Positions 9,236 to 20,789 of a DNA stretch of 64,000 bases are shown here, piece by piece. Source of the stretch: a virus; IMG/VR virus record IMGVR_UViG_3300026484_000351, positions 1-64,000 of that record; one strand, written 5' to 3'. A program made the position numbers and the translations under genes. The number at the start of each line of letters is the position of its first letter. Position 1 is the first letter of the stretch. Below the pieces are notes generated by a model. That model saw only the letters and a program-made list of their open reading frames with translations, made no database searches and was not told the DNA's origin.

Positions 9236-9766
9236 ATGAAAACATTTCAAGAAATGGCAGTACAAGAAGATTTTAAATATACTGGCAAACTCAAGCCTTA
9301 CCAAGTACTTTTATTTACGGCATATACAGAATTTCTACAAGATTATTTTGAGACAAATATTACTCTTAAAATTTCTTTTAGAAAACCTAAGAAGGATTAC
9401 TTCGGTGATGTAGACTTAAACAAGCTTAAAAAGAAAAATTATACAATAACTATGGAAAATACTCCTTATGGGATACTAGGTAGAATAGGGCACGAGTTTA
9501 CTCATATATCACAATACCTTAAAGGAGAATTAAATACTTCAGATAATAAAAAATTTATTACTTGGAAAGGTGAGGATTATATCTCAATAGAAGATTATAA
9601 CAACATTAAAGATATGCCAACCTATAAAGCGCTTCCTTGGGAAACTGAAGCATATAGCAATCAGGAAAAAATACCAGTGTTATTTAAGAAATCGAAGTCC
9701 CTTAAAAATATCTTAGGGCAAAATACTACTTTAGATTTTGGTGTAGAAAACGACCTATGGTTTTAA
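9236..9766 (+). CDS. Putative internal virion zinc metalloprotease
   Basis: MKTFQEMAVQE CTS-like start after AGGAG; HEFTH..Q and PWE.EA zincin motifs. Confidence 0.7.
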   Translation: MKTFQEMAVQEDFKYTGKLKPYQVLLFTAYTEFLQDYFETNITLKISFRKPKKDYFGDVDLNKLKKKNYTITMENTPYGILGRIGHEFTHISQYLKGELNTSDNKKFITWKGEDYISIEDYNNIKDMPTYKALPWETEAYSNQEKIPVLFKKSKSLKNILGQNTTLDFGVENDLWF

Positions 9767-9811
9767 TTAAGTAAAAAAAGTGTATTATGTAGAAAACAAA
9801 GGATAAGAATA

Positions 9812-10231
9812 ATGAAAAATAAAGAGATAGGCGTTACGCCTACTGGAGTTTCTTTTAGCGATGCATCTCAAGAAAAACAATTAGCTGATTTACTTAAAAT
9901 GAAAGCAGAAGAAAAACTAAAGTTATCAAAAACAGTTGGCCTAAGAGTGCTTAGTAAATCTAAATTTTATTATAGTAGTACTGGTGACCTTAGAGAACAT
10001 ATTGCAAGTTATAAAGGTTATGCAATAATGATAAAACAAGAAAAAATTTCTGAAGACTATAATGAAAAAGAAGTCTTAATGTTTCCTTCTTTAATTTCTT
10101 TAATTGACCTCAAAAAATTAAAGAAAGTAAATGGAAACATAGTTAGAAAATTACAACCAAAAACCATCCACGAGTATGAGAAAATTGCTTTAATATATGG
10201 AGTGCTCACTAAAATAGACGAGGGTTTATAA
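9812..10231 (+). CDS. Hypothetical protein
   Basis: ORF with AAGGA RBS. Confidence 0.55.
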   Translation: MKNKEIGVTPTGVSFSDASQEKQLADLLKMKAEEKLKLSKTVGLRVLSKSKFYYSSTGDLREHIASYKGYAIMIKQEKISEDYNEKEVLMFPSLISLIDLKKLKKVNGNIVRKLQPKTIHEYEKIALIYGVLTKIDEGL

Positions 10232-10548
10232 AATGACTCCTTTGTCCATTAGTATAGTTTCTAAACCCCAAGATTATAAGATAAAAAAGCAGCATAAATA
10301 TGCATTATCTTTTTTTAAATTTGGAGTAATTATAGAGAAAAATGATGAAACTATAATCCAAGGTGAATTATATGACATTTCTAATGACAAAAGTTATTTA
10401 GGGAAAGTACAAAAGAGTTATGCCGATATTTATGACTTACAATTAAAATGGCCATTCTTAAAAACTAGATTTTCCTTACAGAAACTCTTTCCTATTTAAC
10501 TTTGGCTTAAGATTAATATGTTATAATATTATATAAAAGGGATATAAT

Positions 10549-11241
10549 ATGAAAACACAAAAAGAATTATTACAAGAACTCAAAAAAACACAATCAATAG
10601 CAAGAAGCTTACAAATAAACTTAGATAAAGCAGTTGAAAAGGCTAAATATTGGGAAGATAAAGCTTCCCAACAAAATGAATGTATTGTGTCTCAAAGCAA
10701 AAGATATGAAAAATTAGAACAAACTATTAAGGAAAATACACAACCAATTGATACTGTAGTTAGGATTACTGAATTAGAAGCTGTTTTACAAGCAGAAAGA
10801 ACAAGAAACAAAGAACTTGATAAAATGCTTGAAAATTATGAAGATAATTTTAGTAGTATGTCATACAAAATTAAATCTTTAGAAAAAGATATTAAAGATT
10901 TAACAAATACTTGCGATTCACAAACTAAAGATTTAAAAATAGCACAGGCAAATGAAAGTTTATTTTTAAGGGAAATAGCAAAATATTCCCAAGCTAGAAA
11001 AGATTTTAAGGAAAAGTCTAGAAAACATAGTAGAGAAAAAAGAACTTGTAACCCAAGACCTCAGAAAACAAAGTCTTTAAGAGATATTAATCCAAATCCA
11101 AGAGGATTATGTTTTGACGAAATGGTGACAAAAGAACAACAAGATAGAGAAAGTTATCAAGAGAAAGAAGTTTTTAAAGCTATTAAATCAATTAAAATAA
11201 CTTTTGATAAAATTGGCAACTATATGCCTAAAAGGGGTTAA
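10549..11241 (+). CDS. Coiled-coil protein
   Basis: Heptad-rich sequence; early promoter at 10517. Confidence 0.6.
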   Translation: MKTQKELLQELKKTQSIARSLQINLDKAVEKAKYWEDKASQQNECIVSQSKRYEKLEQTIKENTQPIDTVVRITELEAVLQAERTRNKELDKMLENYEDNFSSMSYKIKSLEKDIKDLTNTCDSQTKDLKIAQANESLFLREIAKYSQARKDFKEKSRKHSREKRTCNPRPQKTKSLRDINPNPRGLCFDEMVTKEQQDRESYQEKEVFKAIKSIKITFDKIGNYMPKRG

Positions 11242-11606
11242 AATAAGACTCTATTACTAAAATTAGAAGAACACAAGTCAGAAGGAAGAGACCTAGATTA
11301 TTTATGGGTATATGAAACAGATATAATGGCACAGTATCAAATTATTTCAATTTACACAAGTAGAATTGAAACTGATAGGTTTACTATTAGTAAGGAGATT
11401 AACTTTAACACACCCAAATTTTCAAGAATTACTAAAAAGTAATAATCTATTGAATAAAAGAGATAACGAAATTAAACAGAAAGAAACGGATAATGATAAG
11501 TTTATTAATACTTAAGATAAGTTACAGAATGTGGAAGAGACTCAGAATAAGTAAGATTCAAAAAAGTACAACAGTTAAAGAAAATTAAACTATAGAAGAG
11601 GATTAT

Positions 11607-12716
11607 ATGTTAGAACTTAATGAAACTGCCTCTATATTAAATATAGATAAAGATGGGAAAATTGTTTTTTCAAAAGGAGATATTTTGAAAAATATCTCAG
11701 ATGCTGGTGAAAACTTTATTGAAATTGGTAAAGTAAAATCGAATATAGGCACAATAACCAAAAAGAATAGCGATTATACTTTAGAAGTCCCTAAAAATTT
11801 TAATGGAACTATTGAATTATTGATGAAGGCAACAGATGGGTATATTGAAGTGCCAAAAAAAGCTCTAATTACAGTTCAACTAGAAAATAATAATCCCAAA
11901 ATTACTTTTATTAATCCTAGTTTTTTGGAAGATGAAGGAGTTATTGTTAATTTAAATATTCTTGATGTTGAGAGTACAACTGTTGAAGTTTTTCAAAGTT
12001 CAAATAACGGAAACTGTATAATAAACACAGATAGAAATTTAGAATATACACCAGTAAAAGATTATAATGGGGCACAAGAAATTACGATTAAAATTTCTGA
12101 TGGTAATTCAACCACATATAAAACAGTTGAAATAGAAGTATCTCCCGTAAAAGATAAACCTAGTATTAAAATCTTACAAGAGATAACAATAGATAAAGAC
12201 TCAGAAGAAATTATAAGTTTTGATATGCAAAATATTAACGATGATATTATAAATTTTGAAGTTTACACACCAAATAAGGGAATAATAATTGTAGATGGGT
12301 CTCAAGTAACATATATTCCTAATGAAAATTATAATGGAACAGATGTCTTAACTATTAAATATACAGATGGGATAGCACAGAAAACAAGCACCGTTAATAT
12401 TAATGTTCAAAGTGTAGATAATAAATCTTATATTAATGTGGTAAACGGAGTGCATATGGTAGAAGACAAAGTACAAGAAGTATTAATAACGGTCGGGAAT
12501 TTTGAAGGTTTAAGTATTTTTAGTGCAGAGGCGGATAATGGAGTTTGTATTGTGGATGAGAGTGGGAACATTGTTTATTCACCAAATGTAGTTTACAATG
12601 GAACAGAAACAATAGTAATTTCTGCAACAGACGCAGATAGTGTAACAGTTTCTAAAAATGTAAATGTACAGATAGATAAAATGATAGATAAACGAAACCC
12701 ATACAGAAATGGTTGA
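11607..12716 (+). CDS. Tandem Ig-like/cadherin-like domain protein
   Basis: Repeated YTP..(D/N)YNG.....(S/T)DG.......V.I.V units. Confidence 0.8.
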   Translation: MLELNETASILNIDKDGKIVFSKGDILKNISDAGENFIEIGKVKSNIGTITKKNSDYTLEVPKNFNGTIELLMKATDGYIEVPKKALITVQLENNNPKITFINPSFLEDEGVIVNLNILDVESTTVEVFQSSNNGNCIINTDRNLEYTPVKDYNGAQEITIKISDGNSTTYKTVEIEVSPVKDKPSIKILQEITIDKDSEEIISFDMQNINDDIINFEVYTPNKGIIIVDGSQVTYIPNENYNGTDVLTIKYTDGIAQKTSTVNINVQSVDNKSYINVVNGVHMVEDKVQEVLITVGNFEGLSIFSAEADNGVCIVDESGNIVYSPNVVYNGTETIVISATDADSVTVSKNVNVQIDKMIDKRNPYRNG

Positions 12717-13619
12717 ACATACAGAAGAGGTAGTAAGTTGATACATCTTATAAAAAACTATATTGAATTTAACCGAATCTGAATTATAAATTACTAAATT
12801 AGCAGAAATAAATACTAAGAAGACAACAACAATATGAGCCGGACAAAGTTATGTTCCTTCAATAATTACTTAAGTAAAATAGCAAAAAAGGAGTTAATAT
12901 GTTTAAATACCTATTTGGTGTAGAATATGTCACTAGGAGTAATAAGAAACTGGTTGTTTTTAAAAACTGGTTTAAAAAAGGTTATACTGTTAAAGTAAAG
13001 ATTTGGAACTTTTTATATCAAGAATACGAATTTTTTGATGTAAATCAATTTAGTAGCCTAGAATTAGTTGATGATTATATAAAAAGGAATTAAAGGGTAA
13101 AACATGACATCTAAAAAAGAAACTATATATAGTATTAATAAATTAATTAAACAATATCAAAAGCGTTCACAAAATGTTCAAGAACAGTCATCAAAAATGA
13201 CTCAAGAAAAAGATATAGTTTTAACTGAAGGGTTTTTGCAAATAGAAATATTACAAAATGAGGAAATGCTTATAGAAGAGTTCATTTCTGATTTGAAAGA
13301 CTTGCTTGAAGATATACAAGATGAAAATTAATGAGTTCACAAAAGAATTAATTAAGGAATATCATTTACCCATGATGAGGGCAAAAATGCTTTTTGAAGG
13401 TTGTAAAAATTATGATGAAGCATTAAGAGTTCTTGCATTAACAGAAGAAAATTGGAGTTGGAGTATATTGGATTATAGAGATTCAGAAGAATTAAAAAAT
13501 CTTAGAAAAATTTTTCAAGAGGAAGAAAAACTTGTTTATATTCATTGGGGTTTATGGAACCAAGACAGAGGCATACCAGATTATGAAATTTGGAAAAGAA
13601 GATATTTAAAAGGAAAATA

Positions 13620-14081
13620 ATGAATAAAACATATTCAAAAAATAAAAAGGCATATCACGATTATGAAATGTTGGAAAGTTATGAAGCAGGTTTAAAATTA
13701 TCAGGTGCTCAAGTCAAATCTGTAAGGGCAAGTACAGTAAACTTATTAGGTTCTTATGCTTCAGTTGAAGATGGAAGTAAAATAATTCTTAAGCAATGTC
13801 ACATATCAAAACCAGACCATTTGGGATATATGGCTAAAGGATTTGATGAAACTGCCCATATTTCATTATTACTTAGTAAAAAAGAGATTAAAGAAATACT
13901 TAAAATGGTCCAGAATCCTGGAATCAGTTTGATAGTAACTTCCATTTATCAAAGAGAAAATACAAAGAAAATTAAATGTAAACTTAATATCGCCAAAGGT
14001 AAAAGAGATTATGACAAACGAGAGTCTTTAAAAAGAAAAGCTCAAGATATGGATGCTAAAAGAGCAATGAAAAATTATTAA
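13620..14081 (+). CDS. smpB: SsrA-binding protein SmpB
   Basis: NKKAYHDY, EAGLKLSG..VKSVR, LLLSKKEI and AKGKRDYDKRE motifs; start at MNKTYSKN. Confidence 0.92.
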   Translation: MNKTYSKNKKAYHDYEMLESYEAGLKLSGAQVKSVRASTVNLLGSYASVEDGSKIILKQCHISKPDHLGYMAKGFDETAHISLLLSKKEIKEILKMVQNPGISLIVTSIYQRENTKKIKCKLNIAKGKRDYDKRESLKRKAQDMDAKRAMKNY

Positions 14082-14722
14082 TTTTATTTTAAAGTTGTTA
14101 TGTTATAATTATATTAATAAAAAAAGAAATGAAAAATCTTCTTTAAATAAATTAATTACACAGAGACTTCAAAGAATCATTATGAAATTAGAATAGACAC
14201 AGCAAATAGCACTTATTGGTTCCAAAAAGGACAATCAAGTGAAGAAAACTTCTAACAGAAAAAGGAAAATTAACAATGCAGATGGCAATAATATCTTTAA
14301 TAATGAGGTAATTAAATTGTTGTCTAAAAGAACCTTAAACAAAAAAGAAAGGAACAAATATGAAAATCTATAGAAAAACTTACAGAAGTTGTACTACTTC
14401 AGAATCAGTGGAAATATCAGATGGACAAGAAGAACTTTATGAAAAGGGCAAAATTTCATTAGAGGATTTATTTAGTAATAAAGAAAAAGAATTATTAAAC
14501 AAAAATAAAAATCCTGAAATTGAATATGAAAATAGGGAATATAGCCGAGAAGTTGAATATGAATTATCCTGGAATTAAGTGAACTCATTACATAACTACT
14601 TTAAAAGATACTTTTAGTCATTTAAAAATGATGAATTAATTGATAATGCTTATGATAACAAAGAGGAAGTTAAAAAGCCAATGAGGAACATAATAAATCA
14701 TCTTGGCATTAGACTTTAAAAA

Positions 14723-15310
14723 TTGAAATATAGGAGAAATTTAATGAGCTTAATTTTAAAAGAAAATTGGAAAAGGTTTAAAAAAATTATAATTGAACCT
14801 ACACTTAGGGACAAGAATAATAAATATTATCACAATAAAACCGTTTATATGAGAAAGTTACAAAGTAAATTATTTTTAATTGCAATATTAGCAATCGGTT
14901 GTTTTATGCCTAGTATTTATTTTGTGCCTTCTGTAATGGTAATAACTATTACTTGGCTTATAGGAAGATATTATGATACTAAATTTGATGAGGGATTTAT
15001 CAATCCTTTAAACGAAACTCATAGAGCTTTGTTAAAAAGATACAATAAAATGGCAGTGGATAATGCTGATAATAACCTCGAGGCATCTCAAGAAGTTATT
15101 AATTTAACAAATACAGCTTTAAAACATTATGAAAATTGGCCTGTAGATAAAACTTCGAGATGGATAGGGTATGCACAAGGTATGTTAATTCAGAATAAAT
15201 TTACAACAGTAGATAAAGAACGGGATTTCAGTCGACCTTTATTTCATAGAAGTTATAATGAATTAGGTTATGATAAACCAAGATCAGTGAGTATTTATCA
15301 AGAAAACTAA
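14723..15310 (+). CDS. Membrane protein with conserved phage domain (DK..RWIGY.QG)
   Basis: Hydrophobic segment plus KTSRWIGYAQGML...ERDFSRP. Confidence 0.55.
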   Translation: MKYRRNLMSLILKENWKRFKKIIIEPTLRDKNNKYYHNKTVYMRKLQSKLFLIAILAIGCFMPSIYFVPSVMVITITWLIGRYYDTKFDEGFINPLNETHRALLKRYNKMAVDNADNNLEASQEVINLTNTALKHYENWPVDKTSRWIGYAQGMLIQNKFTTVDKERDFSRPLFHRSYNELGYDKPRSVSIYQEN

Positions 15311-15364
15311 AGAATTAACTAAAAAATAGTATAATAACTATATAACTGCAAAGGAAATGATAGA

Positions 15365-16111
15365 ATGCAAAGAGATAAAAAAGACAATAACGAAGAGAGA
15401 AAGAACAATAATGAAGAGAAGAAATTAAGTTCAACAAAACATACACTTTTTAAGAAAAAAATACATAGTTCTGAAAAAGCAAATAAAAAAGGTTTATTTA
15501 AAAGAGTGCCCGGATATACACAATATAGGTTTTTTGTAAATGATTTTGAGGAATTTGAAAAAGGACTTCATGACATTTATAACGAACTTTGGAACGCAGG
15601 GGGGAGTGATAAATTAGAATTGAGAATTAACTCAAATGGTGGAATGGTTAATGAAGGGGCTCAATTCTACTCAATAATCAAAAATAAATTTAATGGAAGA
15701 ACTACAACTATTCTCGATAATAAAGGTTACTCAATGGGAGCACTTGCTTTTTGTATGGGTGATAAAAGAATAGTAACAGAAAGAGCAGATTTAATGTTTC
15801 ACGATTATTCAGTAGGTGTTCTCGGAAAAGGTGGAGAAATTCAGGCAAGAACTGAGCATACACAAGTATTCATAAGAAAATTCTTTAAAGAGATTATTAA
15901 AGACCAAGGTTTTTTAACTAAAAAAGAATATGAAAACATGCTTATTGGACAGGATTTTTGGATGAATGCAGAAGAAATGTGTAAAAGAGGTATTGCAACT
16001 CATGTGCTTATGAATGGCAAAGAGATTAAAGCAAAAAAATATTTAAAACTATTACAAAAAGGAAACTCAAATGAAAAAAGTAAAAACGATAACAGCAAAA
16101 AAAGCAAATAA
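15365..16111 (+). CDS. ClpP-family serine protease
   Basis: INSNGG, GYSMG (catalytic Ser), MFHD (His) and DFWMNAEE motifs. Confidence 0.85.
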   Translation: MQRDKKDNNEERKNNNEEKKLSSTKHTLFKKKIHSSEKANKKGLFKRVPGYTQYRFFVNDFEEFEKGLHDIYNELWNAGGSDKLELRINSNGGMVNEGAQFYSIIKNKFNGRTTTILDNKGYSMGALAFCMGDKRIVTERADLMFHDYSVGVLGKGGEIQARTEHTQVFIRKFFKEIIKDQGFLTKKEYENMLIGQDFWMNAEEMCKRGIATHVLMNGKEIKAKKYLKLLQKGNSNEKSKNDNSKKSK

Positions 16112-16247
16112 GTTAATTAAACAATACACAGCAGAGATAATGGATACAGGTAATTCAGATAAAATTGATAAGATAGAACGAAAAATTGCTATTCTTGAGA
16201 ACTTTATCAATTTTCAAAAAGAACTATTTAGTTCTGATTGGTAGAAG

Positions 16248-17084
16248 ATGTTGAATACAACTAAATATAAAGGCCTTGTTTCGCAGGGCTTTGATTATCA
16301 TCACGGCTATATAAAAATAGAGAAAACATATAATAGTAATATGGAAGGCTTTACAGGTTTATCACTGGATTATGGATATACTATGAAGAAATTCTTTTAC
16401 GATATGCAATATATAAAAGATTTTACAGAAGAATTTGATAATGAAATCTTAAATAAAATCATAAATTTGAAGAAACGAGACTTATGTTTAGATCTTGAGA
16501 AAAAATGGACTAATATTGGAAAAGAAAGTGTTTTTAATACCGATTTAGGTGTAGCAAAATTATATGAAGAACCTCTTAAAGAATATTTAGATGATACTTC
16601 ATTTATAACATTTAGTAAGGAATATTATTTAAAAGAGGGTTTTAGTTTTTCAAATATCAACAAAGACCAGGATATGAGTAAACAACCATCTAATAAGAGA
16701 TATTTTAAATCACTCTACGATACTCATAAAAAAGATTCACTGCTTATAGCTTTAGAAGAAGCTATTGGAGCTAATGAAGAAACTTTAAGTAAGGCACCAA
16801 ACTTACAAGGTATTTATTATGTTAATTCAAGTAATAAAAATAAACCCCAAATTTATAGACTTGAAATGGAAACAACTTTATTTCAAATGAGATATCTTCA
16901 GAGGGAATGTGAGATAAGTAATATCTATTTTCAATTCGATGGGATGCTATTGCAGCATACCAACAGTGAATACAATGGATGGAATATCACTTATTCAACG
17001 ATAACAGAAAACTTTTTTCAAGAAGGGATTTGGTTTATACCTTATATAGGCGATCCCTCTGAATTAATAAAAATAGGAGATTAA
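16248..17084 (+). CDS. Hypothetical protein
   Basis: 278-aa ORF abutting the NADAR gene. Confidence 0.6.
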   Translation: MLNTTKYKGLVSQGFDYHHGYIKIEKTYNSNMEGFTGLSLDYGYTMKKFFYDMQYIKDFTEEFDNEILNKIINLKKRDLCLDLEKKWTNIGKESVFNTDLGVAKLYEEPLKEYLDDTSFITFSKEYYLKEGFSFSNINKDQDMSKQPSNKRYFKSLYDTHKKDSLLIALEEAIGANEETLSKAPNLQGIYYVNSSNKNKPQIYRLEMETTLFQMRYLQRECEISNIYFQFDGMLLQHTNSEYNGWNITYSTITENFFQEGIWFIPYIGDPSELIKIGD

Positions 17085-17594
17085 ATGGCACTTATGAATA
17101 AAAGACAAACACCAGGGAGAATAACAGAAACGCATGTTTTCTTCTGGAGTAGCATTTATAGTCAATGGTACACTACACCAAAACAGTTTATAGAAGATGG
17201 AATTACATATACAAATGCAGAAAAATATATGATGGTTAAGAAGGCGAAAGTATTTGGTGCAACAGATATTTTAGAACAAATGCTTGAAACAGATAACCCA
17301 AGAGTTATTAAACAACTTGGTAGAAAAATTCCAAATTTCACTGATGCAGTTTGGGACCAACATAAAATGGATATTGTCACTCAAGGGAATGTACTTAAAT
17401 TTGGTCAGAATCCAGATTTACTAGAAATTTTAAAAGAACACAAAGATAAAATTATTGTTGAAGCATCACCGCAAGACCCTATTTGGGGTATTGGAATGCA
17501 CTGGGATAATGATTTGATCCTTGATTCTAAAAACTGGAAAGGCCAAAATTTACTTGGCGAATGTATAATGAGAGCAAGAACTATACTTATTTAA
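17085..17594 (+). CDS. NADAR (YbiA-like) hydrolase
   Basis: SQWY, AEKYMM..KA, LKFGQN, EASPQDPIWGIG and GQNLLG motifs. Confidence 0.92.
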   Translation: MALMNKRQTPGRITETHVFFWSSIYSQWYTTPKQFIEDGITYTNAEKYMMVKKAKVFGATDILEQMLETDNPRVIKQLGRKIPNFTDAVWDQHKMDIVTQGNVLKFGQNPDLLEILKEHKDKIIVEASPQDPIWGIGMHWDNDLILDSKNWKGQNLLGECIMRARTILI

Positions 17595-17655
17595 GTTGTT
17601 TAATATTATCTTAAGGCTATTATGTTATAATTGTATAAACAAAAAGGAATAGAGT

Positions 17656-18135
17656 ATGGCAGATAGCACTAATAAAAAAATTTTTCACGGCGGGTGTACG
17701 CCTTGCTACTCACAAGATATTTATGGTATTACAAGATGTAAAGGGTGTCAATGTTATGAATCAGATTGGAGCAAACCAAATTTGTTAATGCAAGAAAGTG
17801 AATATAAAAAAATAATGCTAAAACACAATGAAAATTTTCAAAAATCCAGTACGCCAAGAACTTTTAATGAACTGGTTTCTCCAATTTCAGGCTTTAAACT
17901 GAAGAAAACTGTAGACAGAAAAAAAATGCTAAAACAGGTTTATTTGGATATTGAAAATGATTTTTCAGAAGGTACAAAAGCAAATCATATTCACGAGTTT
18001 TTTAGGGAAATGTTGGCGGTTATTCCAAAGGAATTCCTAGAACATAATTTCCCAACTATACATTTTAAAGATGCTTTAAAAGAAAAAATGGGAGAAGAGT
18101 TTAAAGAAGAAAAACCAGGAAAAAGATATATTTAA
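17656..18135 (+). CDS. Cys-rich hypothetical protein with KRYI C-terminus
   Basis: CTPC...CKGCQC; ends GKRYI. Confidence 0.6.
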   Translation: MADSTNKKIFHGGCTPCYSQDIYGITRCKGCQCYESDWSKPNLLMQESEYKKIMLKHNENFQKSSTPRTFNELVSPISGFKLKKTVDRKKMLKQVYLDIENDFSEGTKANHIHEFFREMLAVIPKEFLEHNFPTIHFKDALKEKMGEEFKEEKPGKRYI

Positions 18136-18158
18136 GGAAGTTTAAAGGAAAAGAAAGA

Positions 18159-18449
18159 ATGAAAATAGTAGATATAAATGGAATAGAATATTTGGGATAT
18201 GTTAGTTTAACTACACAGCCAAAAACATCTTATTTCTTACAAGTGAAAAGTTTAATACCTGAAATGACAGCATTCAAAGAAACTCTAAGAAATAGGGGCG
18301 AGGGAATAAGTTACTCAAATCATATTAGTTATTTTAATGTTAATGGCAGACCGAGAGGAACAATTTCTGTTAATAGTTTATTTGAAACGAGAGAATTAAT
18401 TGAATTCTCTGAACAATATGAGGTTAAATTTCCGGAGTACACATTATAA
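18159..18449 (+). CDS. PE-tail family protein
   Basis: Ends KFPEYTL. Confidence 0.65.
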   Translation: MKIVDINGIEYLGYVSLTTQPKTSYFLQVKSLIPEMTAFKETLRNRGEGISYSNHISYFNVNGRPRGTISVNSLFETRELIEFSEQYEVKFPEYTL

Positions 18450-18475
18450 GTTCAAGAGAAGGTACGGCAACATCA

Positions 18476-18835
18476 ATGAAACCAATGAAACCAACAGTAA
18501 AACCGGAGCTAGCACTTGTACAAGAAGACAGTAGCGAAGCAAACATAGTGACAGTTCTATTGTCATCTATTATTGTGATTTTATTAACAGTGATTCTAAA
18601 CACAAATTATTCCGGGCACAAAACACAAAATAAAATGGTTTATCAACAAAAGCAAGTTACCAAAGTTATTGTAAAAGAAAGGGAACCACTTATAAATTTA
18701 AGCAATAATGAGAAAGCAGCATTATTTTTAATTATTCCAAGTGGTGTTATTCTTTATTTTATATTTACAGGAATTGGTGCAGGTGCAAGAGCAGGTAAAC
18801 AAAAAATTGATAGCTTCGGCAGAAAATATATTTAA
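18476..18835 (+). CDS. Two-TM membrane protein with RKYI C-terminus
   Basis: Two hydrophobic helices; ends GRKYI. Confidence 0.6.
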   Translation: MKPMKPTVKPELALVQEDSSEANIVTVLLSSIIVILLTVILNTNYSGHKTQNKMVYQQKQVTKVIVKEREPLINLSNNEKAALFLIIPSGVILYFIFTGIGAGARAGKQKIDSFGRKYI

Positions 18836-19917
18836 GGAAATTAAAATGGCTTTAACAATAGATGAAATGAAGAGAAACGAAAGTAAAATGTTTTACGATA
18901 TGTATCCAAGAATGGGTTTATGTCAAGATTATTCTTTAGATGGTATTACTAAAAAAGAACTATTTGAAGGGGTATCCGAATTAGATATTAGAAATAACAC
19001 AAAGTTTGTTCAAGCACCTTGTTGGCATGTAGAAGGAATAAAATTCAATGAGGAAATCACTGCAGAGCAAATTACATTTGCAGCTAGAATGACAATGGCA
19101 CAAATGCAATGTGATAGTATTGAAATGGATGAAGAATCTTTAAATTCATTAAAAGCAAAATATTATGGAAATTCTATCAAAAAATAGTAAATTTAATCTC
19201 TTCTTAAAGTTAATATGTTATAATTATTGTAGAATTTAACAAAAAGACATAAAATGAATAATTACTTACATCAAATTACAAAGTCAGCAACACCAGAGGT
19301 TGGAACACCAGCAACATTTTTATCTTATACAGATAGAAATCCAGGAGTAGTTACTAAAATTAATTCACCTAAAAATATAGAAATCGCTTATGTAGAAACT
19401 AAAACCTTACCAAACCCAAATACAAAAGATGGTTCTTATGAAATGGGAGAAGTTCGACAATACAAATATACCGTTGATTTAACAAGACAGGTTCAGTTTA
19501 TACTTTAAGAAAAAAGGTAACTGGCAAATGAAAGGCTGTGCTTTAAATAGTGGATGTGGTAAAGTTATAACAAACAAAATATAAAAGGTTAAAAAATGAA
19601 GATTATCTTAATTCTATTAATTACTTTAAGTCTTTATGCTGAGACTTTTAAGGAATATAAGGACACTGTAGGTAAAGATATAGTTGCGTTTGATAAAAAA
19701 TACGGTGCTGTTCTTTATATTAAAATAATCCAGAAGCATATTATATATTTCATAAAGTAAATGGGAAGTTTTTAGTAAAAATTATTATGGTAGATAATTA
19801 CTCTAAACTCGATTTAATAACGATGACTTATCTTGATTATAAACTAAAACTTGAAAAACAACTAGAAACAAGATTAAGAGTGTTTAATTTAATACAAAAA
19901 ATAAAGAAGGAGAAAAA

Positions 19918-20775
19918 ATGGCAAAGGAAAACAGTAGGGTAGAGTCATTGGGTACTAGAATGAAGGAATATGAAGCGCAGTCAGAAGTTAGAATTAATCC
20001 TAAAGATCATATAATAATTCGTATTGATGGTCACAAATTTTCTAAATATACTAAAGGAATGCAAAAACCATTTGATAAAATATTTAGTAAAGCAATGGAA
20101 CTTACTACAATTGATGTTCATAATGAATTTAGTGCTGTTATTTCTTATACACAAAGTGATGAAATCACATTAGTTTTACCAAGTCTTATGAATGCTGATA
20201 AACATAAAGGTCAAAATAAACCAAAATGGGAACATACTTCAGGTGGTAGAACACAAAAACTAGCATCATTAGTATCAGGTTTTACCACAATGAGTTTTAA
20301 TAAACATTTTCATTGTGAAGTAAATAACTATCAAGACGAAAAAGGTATTGACCCTGATTATCTTTGGAAAATGAGAAGTAAAGAATATAAAGCTTGGTTT
20401 GATTGTAGGGTATTTGGTGTGCCATCGGATGAAGAAGCATTTAATGCAGTAATGTGGAGAATTCGAGACTGCACTAAAAATTCAAGAAGCATGTTTGCAC
20501 AGACTTATTGTAGCCATAAAGAATTACAAAATAAAACAGCCTTAGAACAGGTGCAATTTTGTAAAGAAAAAACCGGAAAAGATTGGGAGTTAATTGAAGA
20601 CCGTTATAAGTATGGAGTTTTAGTAAAGAAAGAAAAATACTTAAAACCTGTTTTTGGAGGTTCTATGGATTATACTCAAAATGAATTTGTAGAAAGAAGT
20701 AGAGTTGTAACATATAGTGAAAAATTAACTTTTAGCGATAAAGCAGTTCAAAAAATTATGAGAAAATATTTGTAA
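19918..20775 (+). CDS. thg1: tRNA(His) guanylyltransferase / Thg1-like 3'-5' polymerase
   Basis: RIDGHKF, YTQSDEI, FDCRVF and WR..DC..NS motifs. Confidence 0.92.
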   Translation: MAKENSRVESLGTRMKEYEAQSEVRINPKDHIIIRIDGHKFSKYTKGMQKPFDKIFSKAMELTTIDVHNEFSAVISYTQSDEITLVLPSLMNADKHKGQNKPKWEHTSGGRTQKLASLVSGFTTMSFNKHFHCEVNNYQDEKGIDPDYLWKMRSKEYKAWFDCRVFGVPSDEEAFNAVMWRIRDCTKNSRSMFAQTYCSHKELQNKTALEQVQFCKEKTGKDWELIEDRYKYGVLVKKEKYLKPVFGGSMDYTQNEFVERSRVVTYSEKLTFSDKAVQKIMRKYL

Positions 20776-20789
20776 AAAGAGGAATTTAA

